From contig CM119267.1 in the NCBI GenBank assembly GCA_051294375.1, forward strand, positions 17,588,937-17,652,936: DNA of 64,000 bases, given 5' to 3'. This document shows positions 33,201 to 46,345 of the stretch, piece by piece. A program made the position numbers and the translations under genes. The notes beneath the pieces were generated by a model. The model searched no databases. It worked only from the letters and a program-made list of their open reading frames with translations, and had not been told where the DNA came from. Origin of the DNA: Paraspadella gotoi (Eukaryota > Animalia > Chaetognatha). Each line of letters starts with the position of its first letter. The stretch's first letter is position 1.

Positions 33201-36200
33201 CCAATCTGAATATTCCGGTAAGATTAGTTAATGTTAAAATTAAGATTAGTTAATGTTAAAATGAAATAGTGCAGAAACTAATGAGTTAGGTCAGAAATGA
33301 AATCGGTCTCATCGAAGGGAAACCCAGCCAACTGTTGTCGCTGGCAGGCGTCCAGAAACAAAGCGGAGCCTCAGGGAGAAAAGTTATCCCCATTGTACGA
33401 GCACGGTAAATGGGTGAGGCAAGGATAACATAAATAAAATGACGAGTAAGCATTTGAACGCCCGCAGCGAGAATGTACGCGTGACGTGCGAGTCAACCGC
33501 AAAGAGAGAAGCGACAGTTAGACAAAGAATCGTCATTATCGCCACAGAAATCGAGGACGTCACGGGGTAAGTGTGAGGTAGAGGGTCTGTACCGACTGAC
33601 TATAAATAGCCGGCTTCATCGATTAGCCGGTTAATAACCGGCAGTTATATTTATAAGATAATAGATTTCCAGTCTGGCACCGATGAAAAAGCAAGCGAGA
33701 CGTTTGTCGGAGATAATTTTTTTCCTTCCTAAGGCTTAGAGGTGATAAACTTGGCGGATAAATAAAAAGTCGAGTGAGCGAGAGGAGAGAAGAGTCAGCC
33801 TTTGGTTTAGCTCTCCCACCTCTTTATTTCATTCCCGCCCCTCACCCACCACTATTAGGCGCCAGTGACGAACCACTCCCCTGAGTCCCGTCATCGAGAG
33901 CCGAAACTGGGGAAATAGGAAAAAAAAATTCCCGCCTTTTTTTTCTAGTTTTTTTTTTCAGAAAGAATTTTTTTTTCATCCGACAGAGAAAAAACGGGGA
34001 AAAAATAAAAAGCCACGACAATTTCCCAGATGTAGACGGCGGCGTCGGCCTTTTTCGCATTTTATACATCGGAAAACGACATTTCGTGAGGCGACGTCGG
34101 GGCCGAATTCGCCCGCTTCAAAAAAATGTTGTGGAACGCGCGACAAAACATTCGGCGTTGGGAAATGCGATGGGAGATGGGGGGGAGAAGAAAGGGTGAG
34201 AAAATTGGGAAGGAAAGGTGAAGAGAATTCAAAAGGGGGAGAGAATTAACTGATGCCTCGGAGTCATTGGTTGAAGAAAAAAGGAAAAAGATACGGAAAA
34301 AGATACAGAAAAAGTTGAAAAATATGAGAAGAGAAAAAGATTTTGTTACAGCGAACTGGGGTTAGGGCGCTTAGCAGGGTGGAATACTCCTAATCCTCGT
34401 TTTTGCGCCGACGCATAATCGCCGCGGATGAGCGCAAAAGTGAAAAAAAAGGGCAGCCTGGCGGAAAATTGCGAAATTTCCATTTCATCGCCGACACGTC
34501 GGGGAGAGAGAGATGGCCGGGGGAAGGGGGCGGGGAAAAGAACGGGCTTAAGTTGCTCAACCAAATGAAACCGACCGGAGGCGGCCAAGTCACGCGAGCT
34601 GGTTAGAAACAAAAAAAATTAGATCGCGGGTTGGATTGTAAAATTTTTTCGGCGACTTCATTACGAGGCAATTGCAAGCGATTTGTGCCATTCCTTGCAG
34701 CTAGACCTTTAATAGATACGCATGTTTGTAACGATTGATCCAATCTTTAATCTCCAGTCCCGTATCGCCCGCCACCTTCTCACGCTAAAACCCAACTCTT
34801 TTGCTATAACCGAGCAGCTCATTAAAAAAACCATTAGTCATTGCCAGCGACAAGTTATCTATTTTTGGTCCACGCCCGCGGCGAGTCGCTCTGGTCGCTC
34901 GTTTAATAACCTGGGAAATCTTAGTTCTTACGATTAATTGAATGATGAATACATATCGGACCAAGATCCAATTAGAGTAAAAGTATTCCAACCCGTAATC
35001 ACCAATTATCACAGCTGTTGCGTCTTTTAAGAGATCGTCGTTTCAGTAAAATACGGGAACCGGCGGTTGGAGATAACTTTGCTTTGATATAGGATAGGGT
35101 ATGCCTTCCCAATCCACATCTCACCTGGGAAATACGAGTTTGCCGGGAAGAGAGAGTTTAGGCGCGTCTCTGACAACTCCAGTGAGGTGAAGCTTTTTCG
35201 CCATCACGCCGACCTTGAAAAAAAGAAAACGTGAGGGAGTGGAATGGTCTCCATCGGTCTTCAGACAAGCTCCAGTCATCCGCAGCTTATTTTTCACCCC
35301 CAGCCACTGACCGGGTTGTCGGCGGGTCGTGTCGCTACTTTGACCATGACGTTCGAGTTGAAGATGTAGGAAGAGAAAAAGACCCAGAAGACGTCGTAGA
35401 CGAGGAGACCCGTCAACAGCAGCGTCGAGACTTTCAGGCTTGGAAGACGGACGAAGGCGATGAAGGCCACGCAAAGGCCCATGCCAAGAGCTGCAAAAGA
35501 AAAGCATGAAACTTTATAATTTGAGATCACTCACTGTTTCAGGATTACTGCATATTATTTCAAAGAAAACGTGTCGATAATTCACAAGTAGTTTAGAAAA
35601 TATGTCGCATCTCTATTTGTTATCTACTATCCAAAACTGCCTCATGTCTTACCGTCCATCAGTATCCAATGACCAGTGAGTATCCACACGACGACAATAA
35701 GTAATGACATGGAAAAGGACATAATTTCGGAAGGAGTAAATCGGCCGCAACATCCGAAAGAGATCTTGTTTCCTGTCAGATCACAAACCGGGGAAGAGGG
35801 AGCAAAATGAGTAAAAGCGAGGGGGAGAGAAGAATGGGGGATAGAGAAAAGAAAGAAAAGAAATCGTGAACGGAGAGAGAGAAAAAATGGATGTATAAGT
35901 ATTTAATTTAGAATTAGACGCATTAATATGAGAATTAAAAGTAATAAATTATTTAAGAAGCCTCTTCTATCCGCCCAACACGAAAAAGACAATTTTGGCT
36001 CTCGTCCGATTTATCTGCAATTTTCGAGTCCGAATCCGACACGTCCGTAAGATTAATTCCGTCACCGGCCCGCTAGATCTATTTCGAGTTGGAAAAACCA
36101 TCCCCAAACTCGCCAACAAAAAAAAAAAAAAAAAAATTTCCCCCCCTTTTTCCTATCCCTGTCGCTTTTTAGTTAATTTAAAAGGAAAATCCATTTGTCA

Positions 36201-37485
36201 ACCGCACGAATTTCGACAAAAAAAAGAGGGGAAAAAAATCGATGAGCGCCCGCGGAGAAGCGACACATCTCAAGGCGATTCCGTTCGGTGCATAAAAATA
36301 ATTGGAACTTACCTAGTGGGCAACACGGCTTGCTGAGGTACTGGCACATTGGGAGTAAAAGGAATGCGAAAGCAGCAGTGGCGAGAACTGAGGGGGGGAA
36401 AAAGTGATGGGCGAGTGGCAGTTATTGCTCGAACGTGATCCCAAAAAAAATTCTGGCCGGAGACCGACCGGCTCAGCTTTCCGTCCGAGGCGCGTGCGCC
36501 ACTTAATATTTGATCAGATTCTTGAATTTCTTATCGATAGGTCGACCAAGAGTTGGGCTATTTTTTTTTTTCCTAACCAACTTTCTTTTCGCTATTGACA
36601 ATAGATTGACGATAGATGACAAAATCATTTAAACTTCGAAGTAGTTGAAATTAATGCGCGAATTATTATTTTGGAATGATGAAAAGTTTAGCCAAACTAA
36701 TATTGTCCTTAACACTTATTGCCACAAATGTTTCTCTTACTTGCTGTGCACATGGCGAAAACGAGTTGCATCGAGTCGAAAAAAAAGAACATGACGAGTA
36801 GGGAAATGGAGGCGCCGACCGGGAGGAACAGAGCCTGCGTCGAGTCCAAAGTTTGGGCGTGGTTCCCGCCGACGTTGCCGATGCCAATGGCGACGCCACC
36901 GCCATCGCTCATTTGGTTCTTGGTAGGGGGGGGTAATGGGGAGGAGGAGGGAAGTAGAAGGTAAATAAAAAATCGAAGAATCGGCCAAAAAAAAAAATAA
37001 AATAAAGTCAAAGAATACACACGCAATTAGGAAAGTTAATTGACCGCTCGCATCGTGACAGTTTGGGAGATGGAGAAAAACCGGAATACTAATATTAGGG
37101 AAAGCTTGAGAAGGTGGGGGGGGGAAGCATGAAACTGTAAAAGAAGGGATTGTGACAGAGAGGAATCGGAGTACCGGCATCAAGATCCAATGAGACATTT
37201 TCGGACGCATAAACAGAAAAATGGCCAAATGTGAGCGAGCTCTGAACAGGAAAATTCTACACTGATCAATTGTACTTGTAGCAATATACCTGTGTGAGGA
37301 GTGGGGAGGTTTGGGAGGACGAGGATTGCGACGGAGGACTGGACGAATGGACGATGTTGGTGAGAAGCGGGGCGTGTCCCTCTCGCTCTTTGGCTTGCTT
37401 AAGTCGCTCTCGATCGCGCATTTCTTGTTCCATGTTGAGAGATCTGGTAAGGGCGGATGTTACGAAGAATAAATAATTATAGACG

Positions 37486-37575
<90 letters not shown>

Positions 37576-38610
37576 AAGAGTAACCATCTTAAAAGTCGGA
37601 TACGACAATAAATTTAAAATCCAAAAAGGAAGACAGGAAATCGGATATAAAAAAGAAATCGAATAAAGAATACAAAGTCTTTGGGAAAAGACATCAAACA
37701 AAGAGATCTCGAAATGTTAAAGAGCGAAAAATTCCTTTTTTGAGACGAGTCACGAGGTTAATATTATTCAATTCGTCTTAAGACAANNNNNNNNNNTAAG
37801 ACAAAGACCTCTTATAAGGTAAACAAAGACTTAAATAATAAATATTGCCTACTTTTTCTCAATATTTCTAATTCAGGAAGTAGAAGGAAAATTTGTTAAC
37901 GCTGTTATTATAAACATACATACCTGAAACTTCCGTAGACGATCAACAGAATAGAGATGAAAAAGGTCGATACTCTTGAGGAATCCACCATAGAGTACAC
38001 CCTGCGGACAAAGGACAAAGTTGCCTTTCGTGTACAGATTTCTCTCGCGATTCTTATAAAGGGAAATTCTTGCTAATTCAAGAAACAAGTCAATTATTTA
38101 AATTTCTCAGCCTTATTAAATTAAGACGCGCGCTTTCCGCAATATGAAATTAATCGTTGCTAATTGGGAAAAATTGTGGGGAACGTTGGTTTGTCGGGAA
38201 TACGCGTTCTTAATTTCATCTCGGGCGACTGGAAATACCACGGACAATTACAGCTTGACGATAACTAATTGTAAAGGTAGAAAAAAAAAACCCGGCTAAT
38301 TCGCTTATTTTGTTTCACGTTTTATATTTAAAATTTAAGTCTTAAAATAGTATTTTGGCCCAGCAACTCATTACCGAGAAAAATCTTTTCAATTTTTATA
38401 ACATCCCCGCCTCTGACATCCACAAGCTGCCAAAACACAATAACAACGCCGCCCCCGCCCCCCATCTCCAACCTCGAAGAAGCCCTTCACTCACATATTG
38501 GGTTCGACGGACGGCACGATCTGCCCGCCTCCAATGGCCGCGCCCACGTAGGCGCCGCCGACGCCCGCACCACCCGCCGCCTCGGACCCGTGCTCGGCCA
38601 GGGTCTCCAT
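27235..38610 (-). CDS. SPPL3: Signal peptide peptidase-like 3 (GxGD intramembrane aspartyl protease)
   Basis: Exons encode [68 protein letters not shown] (YD motif), [24 protein letters not shown] (GxGD), [11 protein letters not shown] (QPALL) and [11 protein letters not shown]...DV*. Start at 38610 is inferred. Confidence 0.95.
28305..32213 (+). CDS. TSSK: Testis-specific serine kinase (TSSK family, CAMK group), multi-exon, nested in an SPPL3 intron
   Basis: [15 protein letters not shown]|[40 protein letters not shown]|[53 protein letters not shown]. The low-complexity tail exons (~30939-31211 and ~31983-32213) are inferred from splice signals and codon usage. Confidence 0.88.
37490..37570. 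repeat. (GA)n microsatellite; similar tracts at ~10145-10217, 42108-42190 and 46252-46344
   Basis: Direct observation. Confidence 0.95.
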
Positions 38611-39787
38611 AGTCTTTGGCTCTTAATTAGCTTCGAGAGTAACGATGAGGTTTTCTCTTTTTTTTTTTATTTGAAGACGACGTCTGCCAATTTTAATGAC
38701 GCAGCGTGACGCTAGTCGAGTGGAATGAAGTTTCGTAGTCGCCTTGGATTTTAATTCGCAGAATTTTCTATTTTTGGCAAGTCATGGTCCGTAACGGAAG
38801 GAAGGGTCCATGGTCCTTCCGTCGAGGTTCACTTGTGACGTTGGGCGTCAATCGGAAATCGAAGGCGCCGATGGGCGGCGGAAAGCGTCGCCGATCCAAC
38901 GCGTTCGCATCGTCGGACAAAGACGAGAAATGAAAGGAAAGGATCCTCGGTTCGTCCGCGACTTTGTTTAGGTATTGAAGACAACGGAAACCAACGACAG
39001 AGACAGAGATAAATACGATATTCACTGTCTTCTCGGTATCTCCATCGTCCACATTAGTGTGAGAGAGAGAGAGAGAGAGAGAGTGAGGGATGAGGAGAGG
39101 GAGAGCATGAGTGAATGTGAGAGTGAGAGAGTGAGACAGAAACAGAGAGAGAGAATGAGTAATAGAGAGAGAGATAGAGAGAGAGACTCTGCTGGCTGTT
39201 CCTCGTTTTTGTGAACTGACGACGAGGAAATCGACGATGAGGATCGGCGACGACGACCAGCACGACCAAGACTCGGCGACGACGACGATGAAGGCGACGA
39301 CGGCGAAGGAGCGACGACGAGATAGTCGACGATTGTCGGACGGCGACGACGATGAGGGCGACGAGAACGACGGTGAAGCGAGAGAGCGAGAGAGAGAGAA
39401 AGAGAGACGGGGAGAAGGGGGGAAAAATAAAGGAAGAGCGAGAGAGCTTTTTATAGTTTATTGCTCGTTTCCGTAATCCACTAAACGGTATCGGAAATAG
39501 GTCAGAATTTCCTTATTATTCTCGGTAATAATTTAAAAAAAAATTTAATAAAAGAAATTGGCAGTAATTAGCTACTTAAGAAATTTATGAAGTATTGATT
39601 TCTAAGTTTTTGCGGTTAAGCCGAAGATGATGTCTTGAGGCTCAAGCTCAAGTTGAACCTGGAGTTAAATCTTATTAATTACTGGCTTATTTTTAGTAAT
39701 CCTCGTCAACCAACCAACAACTTACGACGTAATCTAATTAGTCCTTTAAGATGATAATTCCCCAATACCATGTAATATTTTTTATTA

Positions 39788-39826
<39 letters not shown>

Positions 39827-39833
39827 TTATACT

Positions 39834-40097
39834 AGTTTGCCATAAATCTTTTCTTAAACTGACTGCTCAGCTTTTCCTCAAAAATTCTACAATACATGAT
39901 TTATCACTGTATGTCTTCTAGAAATGAAATTTCTAAAAAATATTGTTACTGCAAAACCCCAAGACACAAATTCAAAATTCCCCCCAAAATTCTAAAAATT
40001 TGATTGATTGTTATTTTGTTCCGTGAAGAGAATGATAGTTTCTGAAACGACCGCTAAGTTCTTTCCCCTTGTACAAGGAAAACAAAATGTGAATAAA
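39834..40097 (+). repeat. Dispersed repeat family B (~270 bp), copy 1
   Basis: Matches 44545-44819. Both copies are preceded by (ATT)n and end GTGAATAAA plus an A-rich tail. Confidence 0.75.
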
Positions 40098-40103
40098 ATA
40101 ATA

Positions 40104-40268
40104 TGTTGAATGGATGGATAATTTTTATATTGGTTGTACCAATTTCATATACAATACATGAAATTGGTACAACCAATATAATAATAATTTGTTGAATGGA
40201 TGGATAATTTTTATATTGGTTGTACCAATTTCATATACAATACATGAAATTGGTACAACCAATATAAT
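40104..40268. repeat. Two tandem ~86-bp units, each with a perfect 23-bp inverted repeat of the family A 3' end
   Basis: TATATTGGTTGTACCAATTTCAT-ATACAATAC-ATGAAATTGGTACAACCAATATA at 40126-40180 and again 86 bp later. Confidence 0.85.
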
Positions 40269-40343
40269 ATATATAATATATATATAATATAATATACATA
40301 TATATAATTGTATATATATATGTATATATGTATACATTGTATA

Positions 40344-40510
40344 GGTACTCTGGGAGTGAATAAACGAGAATGTGAGAGATTCTTGAGTAAAAGCTTGCAG
40401 GGACCTGCTATGTAATAATCTTGTTAGAGTGATGGAAGCCTTAAACCACCAAAGGCTGTCCTAGGTCAGGGGCAAGATAGCTTATTTATTAAATGAATGG
40501 ATAATTTTTC
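40344..40510 (+). mobile_element. Dispersed repeat family A copy lacking the terminal hairpin
   Basis: Matches 45008-45170. Confidence 0.7.
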
Positions 40511-42114
40511 GATTTGATAAACGATCTTTTAAAAACGTACGAGGTTTTGTTCGAGTTGCCAATAAGGACTATCATAAATCCCTATATTTCACTTATTGAG
40601 GAACGAAAAAAAAACGTAATTTCTTGGACCTTTTTTATCTCATGAAAAAAGTATTTCTGGGGAAATCATAGAGCGAGTCTTTCTGTACGTGCTCACTGCT
40701 CATTCTCGTCACGCACGTCGTTCTCGGTTAGTTGCTACTGTTTATATCTAACACTTCATACGTTGTACTTAGTATACGTACTTACCTACAGGGTAAGTTT
40801 TTTATTTAAAATTTAAAACTCAATTCGAGGGGGGTAATTCGGGAAAAGTTAAATCATCGCTGAGCGGATTGACAATTAGAATTACAATAGAGAGAGTTCT
40901 TCTAGATCGATCGCAGCGCGTGTATTTTGAATGTTGATAAATTTACAGTCAAGTGATAAATTGAAAACTAAAATCACACCCTGCTTTTGCACCCATAATG
41001 TTTCAAAAGGGAATTTGCTAAAAATAATACCCAGTCCACTTGATCCGTCTATTATTGTTTCTTCTCACACGCAATGATTTCATATTATTATTATAGAGAA
41101 AGAAGACTAACAATTTCTTTTTTGCATCTATTAGAAATTATGAACGTTTATTTTAATACACAATGCTTTCAATTTTGAATTTCGGGTTTTGTGACCTGGA
41201 AAAAAAAATTATAACGGATCTCGTAAAAAAATCTAAAAAGCACATCTTAAAAGTAAATAGAAAAAAGCGAAGGGTTGGAATGGAAGAAGATTTAGTCCTT
41301 TTTATTTTCTCTCTCGCCGAAATCTTTCAAGCTGTAACTTACCTTTTTTTCGTCTCTAAAAATTAAATTTAAACAATCAAAAGAAAACTTTTGAAAGTGA
41401 TCCAAATTTTTATTAAATTTCTTCGGGTACACAACATTTTATACCAAAGTACGACAACTAACAATGGTTTTCTAATTTTTTTATCACTCAAGTAGCTTTC
41501 AGGGAATTAATAAAAAAATGACGACAGGATGATCTGTATGTCAGCCTCTTTCTCTAATCGCGGATGTCGCACAATTTTCTGATATTTTTGGCGTTTTATC
41601 TTCGTTGTTACTACTATGCATATACTGAAAACTTTTTTTTGTCTGTTAAATATATATTCGAAAACAAAATCTTTGCGCGTCTTGATTGATATTTATCTTC
41701 ACTATTACTCTTAGTATCGCTATTTAAACATTATCGCTATTGAAGCATTATGATACCAAATCAAATGCATTTATATTTTTTTTCAAGATATCAATCTTAA
41801 TTAATGATGCGCTAGAATTTTCTTGCCTATAATTTATTTCATATGCCATTTGCCTGTCTTTTGACCAGGAAGGCGAGCTTGGGGCATGGCACTTCAGGTG
41901 GTGTTGTTATGGAACCGATTTTGAATTAAACGTCTTTTTTGCCGTCCAACTCAAAAGCACCAAAAACTCCCCAGCCAATCAATGCAGTCGATAGGTTTTC
42001 CGTTACTCTTTTTTTTTGCGCTGCGCAATTGTTAGTTTGCCTCACCCATCTCTCGGAACTCACCCTCCTCGTTTGCGGTCTTCTTTCTCAACAAATATTC
42101 ATTCTGTTCTCTCT

Positions 42115-42168
<54 letters not shown>

Positions 42169-42172
42169 TCTC

Positions 42173-42207
<35 letters not shown>

Positions 42208-42542
42208 CTCCCTCTATATTTGTTTTGTCTTTTTCCCCAGTTCGAAACTAAAAGTTCAATATGAAACTAAAGGAGTTTTCTTTTACGAATACCCTAATTT
42301 CTTTTGTTTATTTATTATTTTTATTATTCTTTTAGTACTATGAAAGTATTATTCTCTCAAGTTTTACGAACCGAGAGTTTGCACAATCCAGGCTTATAAT
42401 CTTCGAAATAAAATATTTCTTGATTAAATTTTATTATAATGAAGAATATATATGTTATTTATTTCATAATATACCTCGAAAAATTCATTTTAAAAATATT
42501 CATTTCTCTTTAAAAGCGAAAAACGAAATATAAACATTAAAA

Positions 42543-44440
42543 ATGCCAAACGACTCGACCGACAATCTCTATGGCAACAAACGAATATCTTCGTTCAGGT
42601 GACTTAACTCGATCGTTAAATTAGAATAATATTTATTTTTGATTGACGTCCGCGTCGCGCCTCGTTTTCAATCAGCGTCTCCGACCCCGAGTCGAAGGAT
42701 AACGGATGCTGCTGTTGCGCCGCCAGATGCCTCAAATTCTTTCTTGTCGTTTTGTTCTTCCTTTGCATCGGCCTGGTCATCGCCTTGCTCATCGTCATTT
42801 TCGGTACATCGGGAAGTTTATGGCAATGATGTTTACATTGTGTAATGATGTTTAAAATTAAAATCTCAAAATTAAGCGATCCAATGGCATTGGCAATGAG
42901 GTTTTCTCGTCGTAAAACAAGTGGGTACTTTTTATTTGCGCCGCAGTGTATTCTGAATACTAAATATTATCTGTATTAAGTGAAAACTTATTTATTTTGA
43001 GCAATATTCGGTTTTCAATAGCTGTTTTCTTAAAATTATTCAAAAGATGAGAGGAGGTAATTAAAAAAAGCTTAAATTTATGATAACAAAGAGCATGAAA
43101 AAAGTTGCAGAGAGCAATTTTAAAATGAAAGTGATTAAATTGATTAAATTGGTTACAATATTTTAGCTATCTGTGAATGCATTGTCTCGCTCTATCTCTA
43201 TTTAACTAAATGTCATTATAATTTTTAATACAGTCCTAAAACCCCCGGAGCCATGCCGCACTCCCGACTGCTTCGATGCGGCAGCGATGATGGGAGCGAG
43301 TATGAATCTCTCCGCCGATCCTTGCGAGGACTTTTACGAATACGTCTGTGGAGGTAAGCGACCAACCAAGAAGGCAAGAAAGCAAGAAAGAAAATAACAA
43401 ATAGCAAGAAAGAAAAATGAAAAAAAAGCAAAACAAGAACGGTGATTCTAATGTGTTGAGCCGCAGTGACTTTATTTTCACATGTATTTCCTTTTGATCA
43501 TATGATATGACATGACATGACTAAAAAAACTTACTAAGACCTTGTATTTATGACAAGCACTGCATCGAAATCCGTCTTTTTTTCCTTATAGTTTTATCAT
43601 TTAACAAATGAGCAACCAACTATAGGCGAATTTTATGCATTTTTAATGTAAGTTGGACAGACCGATGGACAGACATACCGACCGACGGACCGACCGAAAA
43701 GTGACTTATAGAGTTGCTCCGCGAGTACTCGCGGCGCAGCTAATAAGCAATAAAGCGAAACAAATCCGACAACCCACATCCCCAGGATGGGTGGACAGAA
43801 ACCCTTTGGCCGCGGACGACTTAATGAAGACCCAATTCACGGAACTGGGTGAAAAGACGGACGAGCGAGTCTGGATGCTGCTGAATGAAGACCTCGAGAA
43901 CGAGGATTTGCAGAATCCGGTCAACATCGCCAAGATCCTCTACCACCAATGCCTCGATCTGGAACGGCTGGAGAAAGACGGTTCCGCTCCGGTAAGGACT
44001 TGAAGAGTGGTTCGTGAATTAGTAAGTTAATCGATTTTTGATTATTAGAATATAATTTGAATGCAGTAACTAAATTGTTTGATCATAGGAAAGTTAACTT
44101 TTTGAAACATGTTTCTGCAATTATTTTTGTAATATCTCAAATCCTAATGAAGGAGAGAATCGATTATTAAAAATTTAAAATTATAAGTAGAAAAATATAT
44201 GTTTCTCAAAAAGCTGGAATCGGCCATTGCCGACATTGGCGGATGGGTTTACGACGGGAACCGCGGACGAGGAGCTTGGAACCCTTTCGCTTGGAACCTC
44301 GAGACGGCGATGAAGAAGGCAATGGCGACGTACGGGACGACGCCGATGTTGAGCGCCGGGGTGGGCGACGATCAGAAGGATCCACTAACGCGTCGGGTGC
44401 AGGTGGGCGTGAAGATGGTGGATCGATTAGAATTTATTTA

Positions 44441-44521
<81 letters not shown>

Positions 44522-46248
44522 GTTATTATTATTATATTTTTACGAGTTTGCCATTTCTTAAGCTGATCTCCAGATACAAAACTGACTGCTCAGATTTTCC
44601 TCAAAAATTCTACAATACATTATTTATCACTGTTTGTCTTGTAAAAATGATATTTCTAAAAAATAATGTTACTGCCAAAATCCAAGACACAAATTCAAAA
44701 TCCCCCTAAAATTCTAAAAATTTGATTGAATGTTATTTTGTTCCGTGAAGAGAATGATAGTTTCTGAAACGACCGCTAAGTTCTTTCCCCTTGTACAAGG
44801 AAAACAAAATGTGAATAAATAATAAATAAAAAATAAAATAATAATAAAATAAATAAAATAAATAAAAAAATAATAATTCAGCTCCTTGTATTTTGATGCT
44901 AGTGCGGAAGTACACATAAGTATTCCCCGCTCTAATACTTAAGGGAGTGGTTCTTTCATCAATTGAAACATCTTTGTAATATTTTCCACTTCATTGATAG
45001 GGAAGCCAGGTACTCCTGGGAGGAATAAACGAAGACTGTGGAGAGAGTCTTGATTGAAAGCTTGCAGGGACCTGCTATGTTATTATCTTGTAGAGTGGAT
45101 GGAGGCTTAAAGCACCAAAGCCTGTCAAGTCAGGGGCAGATAGCTTATTTATTAAATGAATGGATATTTTTATATTGGTTGTACCAATTTCATATATATA
45201 TTATTATTATTATTATTATTATTATTTAATTATTATTACATTATTAATATTTCGCTTGAGAAGATTATTGTCAAAAATTTTCGACAGTATCACGATCTCT
45301 TCTTATTCTTAACAGATCGCTCCGGCGGGTCTCTCATTGTCCTCCGTGGAATATTACCTCGACGACGACAAGACCAACGACGAGGCTTTCCAGATATACC
45401 TGGCGACGCTGGCGATGCTGATGGGTCTTGATGAGACAAGAGCCGCCGCCTTCGCCAAAGACGTTTGGGACTTTGAAGTTCAACTCGCGATGGAAAGTGA
45501 AAACTTGGGCGTGGCTTTTTCGTTTGATTGAAAATAAGCTTAGATTTTTTTTTTTTTTAGATAACGCCCTTACCTCAAGACGAGGAAGTGATGGATCCCA
45601 ACAAAAATTATAACAAAATGCCATTTTCGCAACTTAAAACTGAACTTGCTTATGTGAGTAAAGGCTTTTGGAATCCTTGACTCTTAGTCAAGAAAAATGA
45701 CTAACATTAATTTTCATTATATAGCTGGATTGGACGAACTTGTTGGATATGTTCTCCAATTTAAAGTCAAATGATGACGTCATTGTCTCCGTCAAATCAT
45801 ATTTCGAAAAGCTCAAACAAATTTTCGAAAATGCAAACCCCAGGTATTCTTTTTTTAGAATCTTTTTTTATATAAGTAGGTATGTATGTATTTTTTATTG
45901 CGTGTTTTTCAATTACAAATATTTCGACAGTACTCTGAATAACTACGTGGTCAGTCGACTGATATTGAATACGGCGAGTTATCTAAGCAAAGATTTCAGG
46001 CAAGCTCAGGATGATTATAAACAGGTAAATTTGTTTTTCAAAATATGTTTTTAACATTTCATTTTTTTGGTACATTTTACATTTTACATTTTACTATTTT
46101 TATCAGGGACTATCGGGCGTGCAACCTAAACCTAGACAGGAAGTCTGCGTGGCTTATCCCGTCGAGTTAGCAGGAGCGGCTGTGGGCGCCATGTACGCGA
46201 AAAAGTACTTTTCGGAGACCAGCAGGAAAAACGTTCGTGAGATTGTTT

Positions 46249-46345
<97 letters not shown>

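Noticed and set aside
40021-40052. GTGAAGA-GAATGATAGTTTC-T-GAAAC in repeat family B as a Penelope-type hammerhead
   Set aside because: The conserved C3 is G in both copies, an extra base precedes GAAA, and no stem I is evident. At most a degenerate relic.
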